Source of the DNA: the human T2T-CHM13v2.0 reference genome, Homo sapiens
Reading direction: 5' to 3' (one strand)
Assembly: GCF_009914755.1 (NCBI RefSeq)
Contig: NC_060926.1
Length of the DNA stretch: 64,000 nucleotides
The notes beneath the pieces were generated by a model. That model saw only the letters and a program-made list of their open reading frames with translations. It was not told the origin of the DNA and ran no database searches. Positions 13,331-24,406 of this stretch are shown here, piece by piece (positions within the stretch are counted from its first letter, which is position 1; the number at the start of each line of letters is the position of its first letter). Position numbers and translations under genes: made by a program.

Positions 13331-14019
13331 TGTTTTCAGGGTATTTTAACATTTAGATAATTTTAAAAAAAGATGATTTTCATCTTGTATTTCTAAATAA
13401 ATCATACCCAAATTATTTTAAAATACATGCTAGTGAAAATCTATTAATATTACTCTGTATTTTAAAACTTGCAATTCTGTGATTGCTTAAAGTAATTTAA
13501 TCAAAATAGAAAACAATGATTATTGTACGTACTTTATTTCAATTTATAGCTATTAATATTATTAATATAGTCACTAGAAAATTTGTGAGTAAAAGGCAGG
13601 CTTGCTTTATCAATAAATTCATTTAGAGTCATCTGGACTCGTTTATTGAAAAGCGATCCACGTGCTAAACAAGTGCAGTTACAAAATTCAGGAAAATTGT
13701 ATTACTAGAGCACCATGGTCCAAGACATTTTATGACAAATATCAAAACTAGATTTGGGTATTGTATGTGATATGCTTATCAAATAATGAGACTGGTTCCT
13801 GTAAGATACACATAGCCAAAATAGTCTCCACAGGTTACAGTGACACCACATAAACAAAAACAAAAGTATTCAAAAACAGAGTTCTTTATGGGACAATTTC
13901 CATTAAATATAGTTAAGATTGGTTAAGTATGAGTCTGAAATTAGGCCAATGGAGCAAAAATAAGTAATTGCTCGGTAAATAGAATTTTTATTGTTTTTAA
14001 GTTTTGAGGGATGGAGACT

Positions 14020-14780
14020 CTTGGTGTTATCTGTGATTCTGCTCTTTCTCCCGCATCCCGTGTCAGTATCATAAACAAACATCTTCAAAAGGAATCCACA
14101 ATTCAGTCATTCACTGTCACTCTCACTGCCACCATCTTGGTTCTGACAACAAAAACTTCTGTCTGAATGATTGCAACAGCCTAACTGTTCACCTTCAGCC
14201 TCTTTTCAACACAGTAGCCAGGAAGATTCTGTTAAAAAGAAAGTTATGTTATAACCTTGGCTCTTCTTTTTAGCCAGGGCAAAGGCCAAAGTTCTAACAA
14301 TGCTATAGCCATCTGGCTTGCTGTCTGCACTCTGACTTCATCTACTCGCCCTCTAGTTCTCTCTGAAGCAGCACCACTAGCCTCTTTGCTACTCCTCCAA
14401 CCTATCTGATATGCACCTGCCTCAAGACCTTAGCACCTAAACTCTTTTCTCAGCTTAGAATGCACTTCCCCAGAAACTACATGACTAGCTTCCTCCCTTA
14501 AGGAAACAGACTTGCCCTCCCAGCCTGTCTTAACTATCAACCCCACTCTTTCAACATACACGCACTTCAAAACCCTCTTCCTTAATTTTCTTTCCTTAGT
14601 ACTCACCACTCTTTAACATAGTATATATGTCATTTATTTACCTTGTATATTGTCTGTCTCCCCATTAAAATGTCAGGTCCAGAAGGTTTTGTTCACTGCT
14701 TTCCAATACCTATAACAGTGTCTGGCATATAGTAGGTGCTCGATCTGCTTTTGTTAAATGGAATGAACTAAAGAATGAGC
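14020..14780 (+). mobile_element. L2 3' region
   Basis: TTTTGTTCACTGCT...ACAGTGTCTGGCATATAGTAGGTGCTCGAT...GAATGAA terminus. Confidence 0.85.
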
Positions 14781-14889
14781 AAATTCAAGATTACAAGAAA
14801 ACATAATCTATAATAAAAAAGACAGTACTGGTTAAAATACCTCCAGGGAAGGAGAATGAGAAATAAGGAATAAAATACACATGTGTGCA

Positions 14890-15830
14890 TGCATTCATTG
14901 CCTTTCTTGCAACCAAACAAATATTGAGTGCCCACATATAACTATTCTCAGAGATAAAATACATAGTCCCTTAAAGAGTTTACAGTGCAGCTGGGAAGTT
15001 GTAAACACACATTGATAATGCCTCATGATGGAGGTATTAATGGGCACTTAAGCAGGGCTCCTGACCACAGTAGCAGGTGTGGAGGTGTATTGAGAAATCA
15101 GGCTAGAAACAGACCAAGTCAGATGATAAATGACCTTTTCTGTCATGCTAAGTGATTGAATTTAATCCCAAAAGTCACAGGCTAGAGAGACACTGATGAA
15201 TTTCGAGCAAGAAACTATGACATGATCAGATTTTTGTTTTATAAAAGTCATTAGTATAAGAATGTTCATTATATTGTTACATATAGTAGCAAATAAATAT
15301 AAACCAAATCCAGTGATATGGAATTGGATAATAAATCATGATAAAGCCCTATACCAGAATACTGTTGGCTTTAAAAATGATATAAATATTTATTGAAAGA
15401 GTTTGATAATCCACTGTTAGAAAATAATACATTTTAAGAAAGTGCTCATATAATACGGTTCCACTACATTTTTAAAAAATGTATCTGCATAGAGAAAGTC
15501 TGTAAAGACATATAGAAAAATGTTAATAGTAGTAACTCTAGGATGTAGGATTTGTGATAATTTTGCATTCTTTATTATACCTTCTGTGTTATCTGAGTTG
15601 ATTTTACAGGAAGCATGTATGGCTTTGATAAGAAAAAAATAGACTTTTCATTTTGGAGAGTAACAAAAGGAAACACCTCTGGGAGATTAGGCTAAAGAAG
15701 AAAGGCCTACTAAGACACCATGACAGTGAATCCAGGGAGAATGTGAAGATGAAATATAAAGAAATGAAGAAGGTAGACTGGAGGTACAGGTGATTGTAAG
15801 ATTTCCAGCTTGAGCAGCTATGTGTTTGGT
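14890..15830. mobile_element. Antisense L2 fragments interrupted by a sense L1ME 3' fragment (~15250-15650)
   Basis: CATTCATTG...ATATTGAGTGCC and TGACATGATCAGATTT (L2); AATGTTAATAGTAGTAACTCTAGG (L1ME). Confidence 0.55.
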
Positions 15831-16865
15831 AGAGTTATTGACCAATGAGCAGATGCCAGGGCCAAAGGTACTCTGAAGATGCCAAAGTTTCTTCTCCACC
15901 AGGATCTGTTGTCAATGTGTAACACCAACTTAGAATTGTAGGAATTAACTAATATCATGGCCTGCCTGCTCAGCTGGCTGGGATTACCATATGGTACAAT
16001 CCCTCCAGGCATTTTTGAGTACAGTGTTTTTATAAAACCAGACTATTCCTCTGTGCCCACCAGACAATCCTTGGTGCCAATTCCTTAGAATACTTGCAGC
16101 TATCTAACACTTGGTCACCTCCATACAGAAGCACACCCTGCTATCTATTCTTTCCTGTATTCTCATACCTATACTGCTCTGCCCCCTTTTTTTCCCCTGG
16201 CCTAAACCCATGGAAGGTATCTCATTCATAAATCTATTTTTTTTTGTTTCAGAATTCTCATTCCATAGAAAATAAGACAAAAAAACTCCCTACTATCCTC
16301 CATCTCTGCCCTTAAGTCTTCCTTCACTTCCTGCCCCAAAGGAAGCCTAGATCTCTGAAGGCATTGCTCTCCTGGGCCCCTCTCAATGAGTACCACTCAT
16401 CTCTGGGCTAGGAGTGGGTTCCTGTCCTCATTGCTCCTCAATTATACCTTAGGACTACTAGTTCTCACTCTGTCTGTAAACACAGTTTATGTTAACAGGC
16501 CATATCTTCTTCCATCCTTCCTTGTTTCTGGTTTCCAAAGACTTACCAAACATTTGTTTCCAAGACTTTGGTGTTGGGTTCACCATCTTTCTCACCACCC
16601 ACAAAACCATCAGTATCCTACATGATTTCAACATCCACATGGGCAGCCCATTTCATACTCTCAGGTCCTTTATTGAAGAAAAATTTGAGGAATTTCAGAG
16701 ACTCAACTTCACCTCACCTGTCTATTCTCTAGATCACCCTGGGCTGTGGTAACCCCTAGAAACTTTTGCTCTTTTCTATTTTACCTCATCTTCCTATTCT
16801 TTTCCCTTAGACATTATGTATGTTCTTTGACCTCAGTAAGAGAAATGAAGAAGATGAAACCGACC

Positions 16866-17081
16866 AAGGGTTAGCACACTTTGTCTATAACAGATCAGAG
16901 AGCAAATATCTTAGGCTTTGCCAACCTATTGTTGCAACTACTCAATTCTGCCATTCTAGTGCAAAAGCAGCCACAGAGGATGAATACTAAACCAATAGGC
17001 AAGTCTGTTCCAATAAACTTGATGTACATACATAAGCAGTGAGTTGAGTTTGGCACACAGGCTATAGTTTGGTGACCACTG
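16866..17081 (+). mobile_element. MER58A (hAT-Charlie)
   Basis: GCAACTACTCAATTCTGCCATTCTAGTGCAAAAGCAGCCACAG...TTCCAATAAACTT...GCTATAGTTTGGTGACCACTG. Confidence 0.88.
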
Positions 17082-17175
17082 AAACAGATCATGTTCTTCC
17101 CTCTCTCTGTCCCCTTTCTCCTTATCTATTGATTCCTAATCCTCCTTTTAGTCCCTACCTCCAGCATTCTTTCAT

Positions 17176-17601
17176 TGTACAGCAGATGCTCCTGAAAGCA
17201 ATAGGTTAACCCTAAGAATGGCCCTATGGTATAAAAAGAATGTGTGTTTGCAATTCCAAGCAGAGAAATCTGGAAGTGGCCAACCCAGAGACTCATTTCT
17301 TATTTACGGGGAATACCAGACCTCGGTTGATCCCATGGAATTCAGTCTGTACAAGGGATCAAGTCCCCTTTTTGGGTTAAATGAAGGTTGCCAGGTAGAG
17401 GTTTTTGTAGAGGTTTTGCTAGGGAGAGGATGCTAAGTGAAAATGCCATATAAACTTGCATGTTTTTTACAAGCGGTAGCAGTTCTCCTGTCCAGCTCAC
17501 TGCCACTGGAGTCCCCTGTATGTAAGTCCCCTCAATAAACACTGGGTCCTCTTGACCATGGTGCCATCCCTATTTGAAGTCAATAGGGGTTTGGCATAAC
17601 A
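17176..17601 (+). mobile_element. 5' LTR (LTR47-like)
   Basis: TGTACAGCAGATG...TTGGCATAACA; TATAAA 17449-54, GTAAGT 17522-27, AATAAA 17534-39. Confidence 0.9.
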
Positions 17602-17639
17602 ATTGACATGACAACTAGGGCATCAAAGAAAATCCTATG

Positions 17640-19180
17640 AGCATCAAGATGATGGGATTGGGGAAGGGGAAATCCATGGGGCAAATCCTGGGCTGGCCAT
17701 CCATGTCTATGTGGGTCTCTGTCTCTGCCTGCTTTCCATCCATCAAGGACAACAGCTGCTGTCCTTGATGGTTGGTTCCCACCGCATGAGTACAGGGATG
17801 CCCTGAAAACACTGAAGGTTCAGAAAGAGCTGTTACAGGGGTTGAAACTGACTGAGCAAGGGTCAGATGCCTGAGTAGTGGCAACTGTGGTTCACTGGCT
17901 GTTTCTGACTGCACTCTGAGCAGTCACTGAAGCTGAGCTTGCAGCATAGGTGGGGATTGGTCAGTTACAAGATGAGCTATGACTAGAAAGAGATGCCAGA
18001 TTAGCTCAGGCTGAAACATCAGAGACCTTGCTGTCTCACCTATGGACACGGGATGACAAAATGGAGACCCTGGCTTGTTGGGTAGCCTGTTTGAAGGGTT
18101 GCTGACCCCCACAGCAATGAGTTAGGGCTATTATGACTAAATCATCCTGGGACCCCAAGATACCTGGGACCCCCATGATGTGCTATCAGTGGGGAGAAAA
18201 GAGAGGGGTGAGATGAGCCCATAAAGGTTCCTGTCCTAGCTGCACATCCAGTAGTCACCATCAAGATAAAAGCTGATCAGCTGCACTTACAGGGGGTAAC
18301 CCCATAAGACTTGCCCGCATCTAAAAGACGGCAGCACACTACAATGCAGTACTGCACGCCCGTGGAATTAGTGGAGCTGCGAAATAGGTTCAGGAAGAAG
18401 GGAAGAGAGTCTATTGTGGTGGCTTCTCCATCTATGGGACATGGGGGCGGAGAGTATTATACTCTCCAGACTCAAGATGAGTTAAAATGGCATCCATCAC
18501 AAACCACCTGGCCCTGAGGAAGCACCTCTATGATGCCAATAATGAGGACCAGCCATCCCCCTCTTAGCTGAGTGGCTGTGGGCTGCAAGGAAGCCTGGCT
18601 AAATGAGAGCAACATCCTCACATCTCCTTTGTAATTACAGACTATGGAGGAATTGCAGGACATCCCCCAAGAATTAGAGATGAAGCATGCTATCTATGCT
18701 GGGCATTACCAAGCTCCAATGAGCTTTTCACTGCCAGCATGAAAGACACTATCTTAGTTGGCACCCAACCAATAGTATAGTTCACCAGTGTCTATCCTAA
18801 GTGCCCTGGTAGGACAGCCAGTGTCTTGGGCAGCCCAAGCAGCCCCCAACTTAGGGGAAATGGAGAAACTGCATAGGCACAGGGTATGCGCTGCCAGCAA
18901 GAAAGACAAAGGAGCCAAAGGAAAGGAGACAGCTAAAGGATCCACCAGGGTGGTCTGGCAACAAATGTGTTATGACCTGGTAGTGGCAGGGACACCTGCT
19001 GAGAAAATAGATAAACAGCCTAATGCTTTTCTGGTCAGACTGGGGCAGAAGCTCAAGCCAGAACAGTGGATCGCTAAGGAGCCTCAAGTTCAGCCCACTA
19101 CCCCTTCTGCAGAGGAATAGCAGGCACCAACCCGTTAGACTAGGATGAAGGCCAAGGCTCCAGAATCTCAATAAGAGCAG
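17640..19180 (+). pseudogene. ERV gag remnant
   Basis: ORF 18788-19120 ILSALVGQPV..AAQAAPNLGEME..QMCYDLVVAGTPAEKIDKQPNAFLV resembles ERVL/HERV-S gag C-terminal region; upstream part frameshifted. Confidence 0.75.
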
Positions 19181-19198
19181 TGGTTGCCAGGGTGTCCA

Positions 19199-19850
19199 GG
19201 GGTCAGAGGCCACAGGTGGAACTAGCTACATATTGGTCACCTAAGAATAGGCAGATTGTGCATGCCCTTACTGGATACTGAAGCTGATATGGTTTGGCTC
19301 TGTGTCCCCACCCAAATCTCATCTCAAACTGTAACCCCTAGAATCCCCACATGTCGAGGGAGGGACCTGGTAGGAGGTGATTGGATCACAGGGGTGGTTT
19401 CCCCCACGCTGTTCTCTTGATAGTGAGTGTTTGACAATTCCTCCTTCACATGCTCTCCTCTCTCCTGCTGCCTTGTGAAGAAAGTACTTGCTTCTTCTTT
19501 GCCTTCCACCCTCCCCAGCCATGTGGAACTATGAGTCAATAAAACCTGTTTCCTTTATAAATTACCCAGTCTTAGGTAGTACCTTTATAGCAATGTGAAA
19601 ACAGACTAATACAAGAGCCAAATGCACTCTCACACATGGTGACCTTCATCATCAGTTCCAAGGGCCTATAATAGCAATAGATGGTTAGGGAGGGTGGCTG
19701 TGATCAACAGGTTCAACTAGCATTGTAAGTGGGAAGACCGCTACCAAAACCATATTTAGTATACATGGCTCTCATCTTGGAATACCTCTTGGAAATTGAT
19801 AACTTATCAAGTCTGACTCTCTAAACAATGGGCCTGGGAATTCAAGTGAG
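19199..19850 (+). pseudogene. ERV protease remnant, interrupted by THE1D
   Basis: QRPQVELATYWSPKNRQIVHAL then L-D-T-[G-A]|K-C-T-L-T-H-G across the insertion. Confidence 0.8.
19285..19613 (+). mobile_element. THE1D-type solo LTR nested in the provirus
   Basis: TGATATGGTTTGGCTCTGTGTCCCCACCCAAATCTCATCTC...AGACTAATACA; flanks GAAGC / AGAGC. Confidence 0.95.
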
Positions 19851-19879
19851 AGTTAGGATGGTGAAGCATGGGATTCAGG

Positions 19880-21400
19880 GAAATGTGAAATGGACACTGT
19901 AGTACAGCTGCCAGTCCCATGGTGAAGAGTGGCACTGAAACAATACCAATACTCACTGCCAGGCAGGTGAGGGGGCATGATGGAATCACAAGGATTGTTA
20001 AGAATTTAGGCATTATAGGGCCAGAACATACCCCAAACAAAACAGCCCTGTATGGCCCCTGTGGAAGCCTGATGGGACATGGAGAACAATAGTAGATTAC
20101 TGGGAATTAAATAAGGTGGTCTCTGCAATGTATGCAGCTGTTTCCAATACTGCCTCCCATCTGATGATAAGAGAGGCGTTTGGCACATACCATTTTGTTG
20201 TAGATTTAGCCAATGCCTTCTTCAGCATCCCCCTTGCCCCAGAGAGTGAAGACCAATTTGCATTCACCTGGGAAGGAGAACAATGAACCTTTATCATCTT
20301 GCCCCAGGAATATTTACATAGTCCCTACTATCTGTCTTAGCCTAGTGGCCACAGATCTCAGCGGATGAACCACCCTGAGCGGGTATGTGTTTCTGTTACA
20401 CTGATGACATCATGCTAACTTCTGAGTCTTTTTCCAGCTTACAAACTGCAGCCCCCACCTTGCTGTTTCACTTGGTCAGTAAGACTAATGTTGTTCTGTC
20501 TGCCATTATGGGTAAGGTATAGGCCTCCTTTAAGGGACTCACCAGGTGGCCACTGCAATAGGAAGCTCAGGATTGTAAAACTGAATGGTAGTAGGGCACC
20601 CCCTTTGGGGTGCTGACACATGGAAGGACATTCCCCATTATATCCAGGGCATGCATATAACAGTCTACCATGAGGATGCCCACACTGCATCTACACCACC
20701 TGGAAATCAACAGGCAGATGAGCTAGCCTGCATATGTCTTCTTGAGGAAGTTCCCACAGAAGACGTGGCCCATTGGCTACATAAGATGACACTGGGGACA
20801 ATGTACCCTTTGAGCCACAGTGAAGAACTGGGGCCTGCTACTACTAAATAAAAACATAGTAGGTGTCTGACAGTAATGTTCTACTTGTGCACAGGGAGGC
20901 CTCCAGGCCCTTGCCACATGATAGGCACAGATCACTTGGGGCCAGAGCCCAGTGCAACAGTGGCAGGGAGACTACCTAGAACCTTTGCCTCTACCTGATT
21001 GCTATGCCTTGACTTGTGTGTACACCTGCACAGAGCTACTGCAGGCATATCCCAGCAAGCATGCCACACAGAAAAGTACCATAGTAGGACTAGTGCAGCT
21101 GTGTGTGACCTACGGCATCCCCACGGATTTCAACAGTAACCAGGGCTCACACTTTACCAGACACAAAGTGCAGGAATGGATGGAGGCCCTGGATATTCAC
21201 TGACATTTCCACCTGCCACACAATCCTACAGCAGTGGGGCTGATTGAATGGATGAACGGACTGTTGATGCAACGACTCCGGAGAAGATGTGTTCTCTGGC
21301 TCTGTGGATGGACATGCCACTTACCAGCAGCTACTTGTACCCTGGATGAACATGCATGTCTCATCACCCCAGCGCTTACACTCTCCTGACACAAGGACTA
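19880..21400 (+). pseudogene. ERV pol remnant (RT, partial RNase H, integrase)
   Basis: NSPVWP..KPDGTWR..VDY.ELNK; DLANAFF (20203-23); LPQEYLHSP; YTDD (20397-408); HEDAH..GNQQADELA; WQGDYLEPLP; SNQGSHFT; HNPTAVGLIE. Confidence 0.95.
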
Positions 21401-21429
21401 GATGCCACCCTTGGGATCCAGGTAGACAG

Positions 21430-21720
21430 TTTGAGGGACAGTATACCTTTGCCCCAACCTGGGACTCAAGGAAACCTCTATTGCCCTTGCCACAGGACTA
21501 CCTACCCAGGAGCACATCATTAAATGGCCCTGGAAATAGCAAACCATTCCCCAATCGTATGGTACTTCCACTCCATGGAGGAAGGGCCTAGAACAGAATA
21601 TACAGATCACATCTATTTTACATCCTACTCCCCGTCGTACGATTAAAATAATGAATGTTAGTCCTCCCTTGTGCAAGAGGACTGTCATCCTCCCATTACG
21701 GAACATTTTAATACTTCCAT
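21430..21720 (+). pseudogene. Possible degenerate dUTPase-like segment after integrase
   Basis: Position matches the post-IN dUTPase of ERVL; no catalytic motif recognisable. Confidence 0.25.
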
Positions 21721-21914
21721 TGTCTTATTCTGTCCTCCTACCATGTGCTGAAGAGCGGGGGCCAGTCCATTTGGTATTGTAATCCAGGCACCAGGCTGCT
21801 ACCAGTGGTGTTGGTCTCAAAATGACAGAACTTCTTGTGTCTTGTTAAATGGCCATGACTTGCCCTTTCTTGTACCCACTAAACATCTCCCCGTCCACCC
21901 ATAGACGGTGTGGT

Positions 21915-22570
21915 GTGCAGCAAACCTCTTCACCGACTGAGCACAGATGCTGGTCTCTCCCTATAACAAACAGATTGTTGTGACTGCAGAGAGCTGCCAC
22001 TCTCTTCCATCACAGGCCTGCTCCAAGCACCTCACCTGAGTACCTGGAGCCACTTCTGTACTTAGTATAATGACCCTCATCTATTTCCCTTTAGTGACAA
22101 TTGCACCTCGTGTAGTGAGTTTCCCACCATCAACAAGATGAGACAACATATTTTCCTCCTAGTATGGAAGCAAGTTAATGTTACCCCCACTGTGGGGTAG
22201 GCTGTACATGATGGGACAGGGTGGATAATGGCAGAGCAGATACAGGTAGTGGGATGTGCACCATTCTTAGCAAAATCACATGGCCCTGGACATCTTAACT
22301 GCCGCCCAGGTGGAACCTGAGCAATAATTAACACCAAATGTGATATATCTATCACTGATTTACTCTCGCAATGTAACCCAAGCCATGCAGGCCCTAGGTA
22401 TACATATTCCTGCTATAGAATCTCTGTCTTGCAGCCCTATAACCATGTGGTTTAATCAATTCCCCAACACTTGACAAAACTTTCTAAGACTATTATTATA
22501 TACGTTATTTTTTTCTGTTGTTGTAGTTTGTATTGCTGCTGCAATGTCTGACTGCAATGCTCCTCTTTAT
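21915..22570 (+). pseudogene. Gamma-type env remnant (partial SU, TM ISD, transmembrane/Cys-rich tail)
   Basis: DCCDCRELPLSSITGL (CWxC-like) near 21973; QNHMALDILTAA(Q)GGT*AIINTKCDISITD from 22271; IIIYVIFFCCCSLYCCC ~22492-22542. Confidence 0.88.
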
Positions 22571-22648
22571 ATACCTGGCCCCAGGGAAATAGTGGAAGAA
22601 TGACATGAAAAGAATGTGAGGTCCATTCGAGGGTATGCTGGGGTGGAA

Positions 22649-23048
22649 TGTACGGCAGATGTACCTGATAGCAAGAGTTTAACTTAAGCATATGCGGAGA
22701 ATGACTCCATGGTATAAAAAGAATGTGTGTTCAGAATCCAAGCTAAAGAATCTGGGAGTGGCCAACCCAGAGATTCATTCCTTATTTATCAGGAACATCT
22801 AAATCCCGGCCCATCCCATGGAACACAGGCTATAGAGGGAATCAAGGCCCTTTGTTTTGGGTTAAATGAAGGTTGCCAGGTAGAGGTTGCTAGGGGGAGG
22901 ATGCTAAGTGAAAATGGTATATAAACTGCATTTTTTTAAATAAGTGGTAGCAGTTCTGTTCCCTACTGCAAAAATGCTATATAAACTGCATTTTTTTTAA
23001 CAAGCAGTAGCAGTTCTGTTCAGCCTACTGCAAAAATGCTATATAAAC

Positions 23049-23084
<36 letters not shown>

Positions 23085-23237
23085 GGTAGCAGTTCTGTTC
23101 GGCCTACTGCCACTGGACTGCCATGTATGTAAGTCCCCTCGATAAACTCTGTGTTTTGGTTGCCGGCTCTGGGTCCCTTCTTTGGCCTCTCAAACATGGT
23201 GCCATCCCTATTGAAGTCAATAGGTTCTGGCATGACA
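22649..23237 (+). mobile_element. 3' LTR (LTR47-like) with internal triplication
   Basis: TGTACGGCAGATG...CTGGCATGACA; three copies of a ~60-bp TATA unit at 22911-23110. Confidence 0.92.
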
Positions 23238-23769
23238 CTCATTAACATGGATAACTCTAATGATACACTATCTTTGGTCAACATTCACAGAAAAATTTAA
23301 ATCTTACACTAATTCAACTATTACATTCTCTACTTCTGGGTTGCTAAGTTTTGTTGGATAAAATTATGCTTTCTCCCACTGATAATACTATGATTTCTAG
23401 TCTCCAATCCCCAATCTTCAAAATTTCATAGTAAACTTTCTACATTTTCTTAATCCATGTTCTCTTCAATACTCCCTGGTAGCAACTTCAAACCATTTCC
23501 ACTTTTCTCAAGAATTCTACCCTACTACTAGCCTCCTTGTTCATGCACGAAACAGAATATGTTAAACTCCCTAAGCATTCTGGAGTGAGTAGCACTATCC
23601 ACAGCCAGTTGTATAAGCCCGAAATACAGACACCGTCCTTGATATCTCCTCTTTTCACCATGGCTCTCATCTTCTTCTTCAATAGGCTCTGTTGCTTTTG
23701 TTTCTCTAATCTGTCTTGAATCTGTCCCTTTCCATCTCCACCACCACTAGTGTAGTTTCATCCAGGTAC

Positions 23770-23930
23770 TCATTGCTCAGAGTGAAATCTCAGGACAAGA
23801 ATCGCCAGCATCACTGAGGGCTTGTTAGAAAGGCAGATTCTCAGGCTTCGTATCTGATGTACTAAATCAGAATTTGCACTTTAACAAGACCCCCAGATGC
23901 TTTATAGGAACATTAAAATTTGAGAAGCAT
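23770..23930. mobile_element. MER5A
   Basis: CTTGTTAGAAAGGCAGATTCTCAGG...AATCAGAATTTGCACTTTAACAAGACCCCCAG...AATTTGAGAAGCA. Confidence 0.85.
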
Positions 23931-23983
23931 CTCTCCTAATAGTCTCCTACTAACTTTTCTTGCCCTCCCTTCAATCCATTGTG

Positions 23984-24406
23984 TAGACAGTCCTCAACTT
24001 ATAATGGTTTGGCTTATTAACACAATATTTAGACTTTGTTATGGTGTAAAAGTGAATCACGTTCAATAAAAGTCATACTTCAAATTTTGACTTCTGATCT
24101 TTTTCTGGGCTAGTAATATGCAGCACTATACCCTTTCGTGAGGCTGGGCAACAGCAGTGAGCCACAGCATCCAGTCAACCACGTGATCAGGAGGGTAAAC
24201 AACCCACACTCCACAGTGGACTGTGTTGCCAGATGATTTTACCCAACTGTAGGCTAATAAAAGTGTTCTGCGCATATTTAAGGTAGTCTAGGCTAAGATA
24301 TGATGTTCAGTAAGTTAGGTGTATTAAATGCATTTTCAACTTACAATATTTTCACCTAAGATGGGTTTTTGGGGATGCAACCTCATCCTAAATCAAGGAA
24401 CATTTA
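23984..24406 (-). mobile_element. MER47B (TcMar-Tigger)
   Basis: GTGTTGCCAGATGATTTTACCCAACTGTAGGCTAA...TTAGGTGTATTAAATGCATTTTCAACTTAC matches reverse of recalled MER47 consensus. Confidence 0.85.

Larger units (their letters stand above)
17176..23237 (+). mobile_element. Decayed class III (ERVL-type; LTR47/ERVL47-like) provirus
   Basis: Two homologous TG...CA LTRs, flanks TTCAT (17171-75) / CTCAT (23238-42), purine tract GGGGTGGAA before the 3' LTR, gag-pro-RT-RNaseH-IN-env remnants in order. Confidence 0.95.

Noticed and set aside
19880-22570. APOBEC3 hypermutation of the provirus (several TGG to TGA/TAG stops)
   Set aside because: Many Trp codons remain intact, several stops are in non-APOBEC GC context, and stop gains are the changes most visible by eye; needs a consensus-based strand-bias test
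22911-23110. CRISPR-like repeat array
   Set aside because: Units are contiguous copies of LTR sequence with no unique spacers and no cas genes; eukaryotic context
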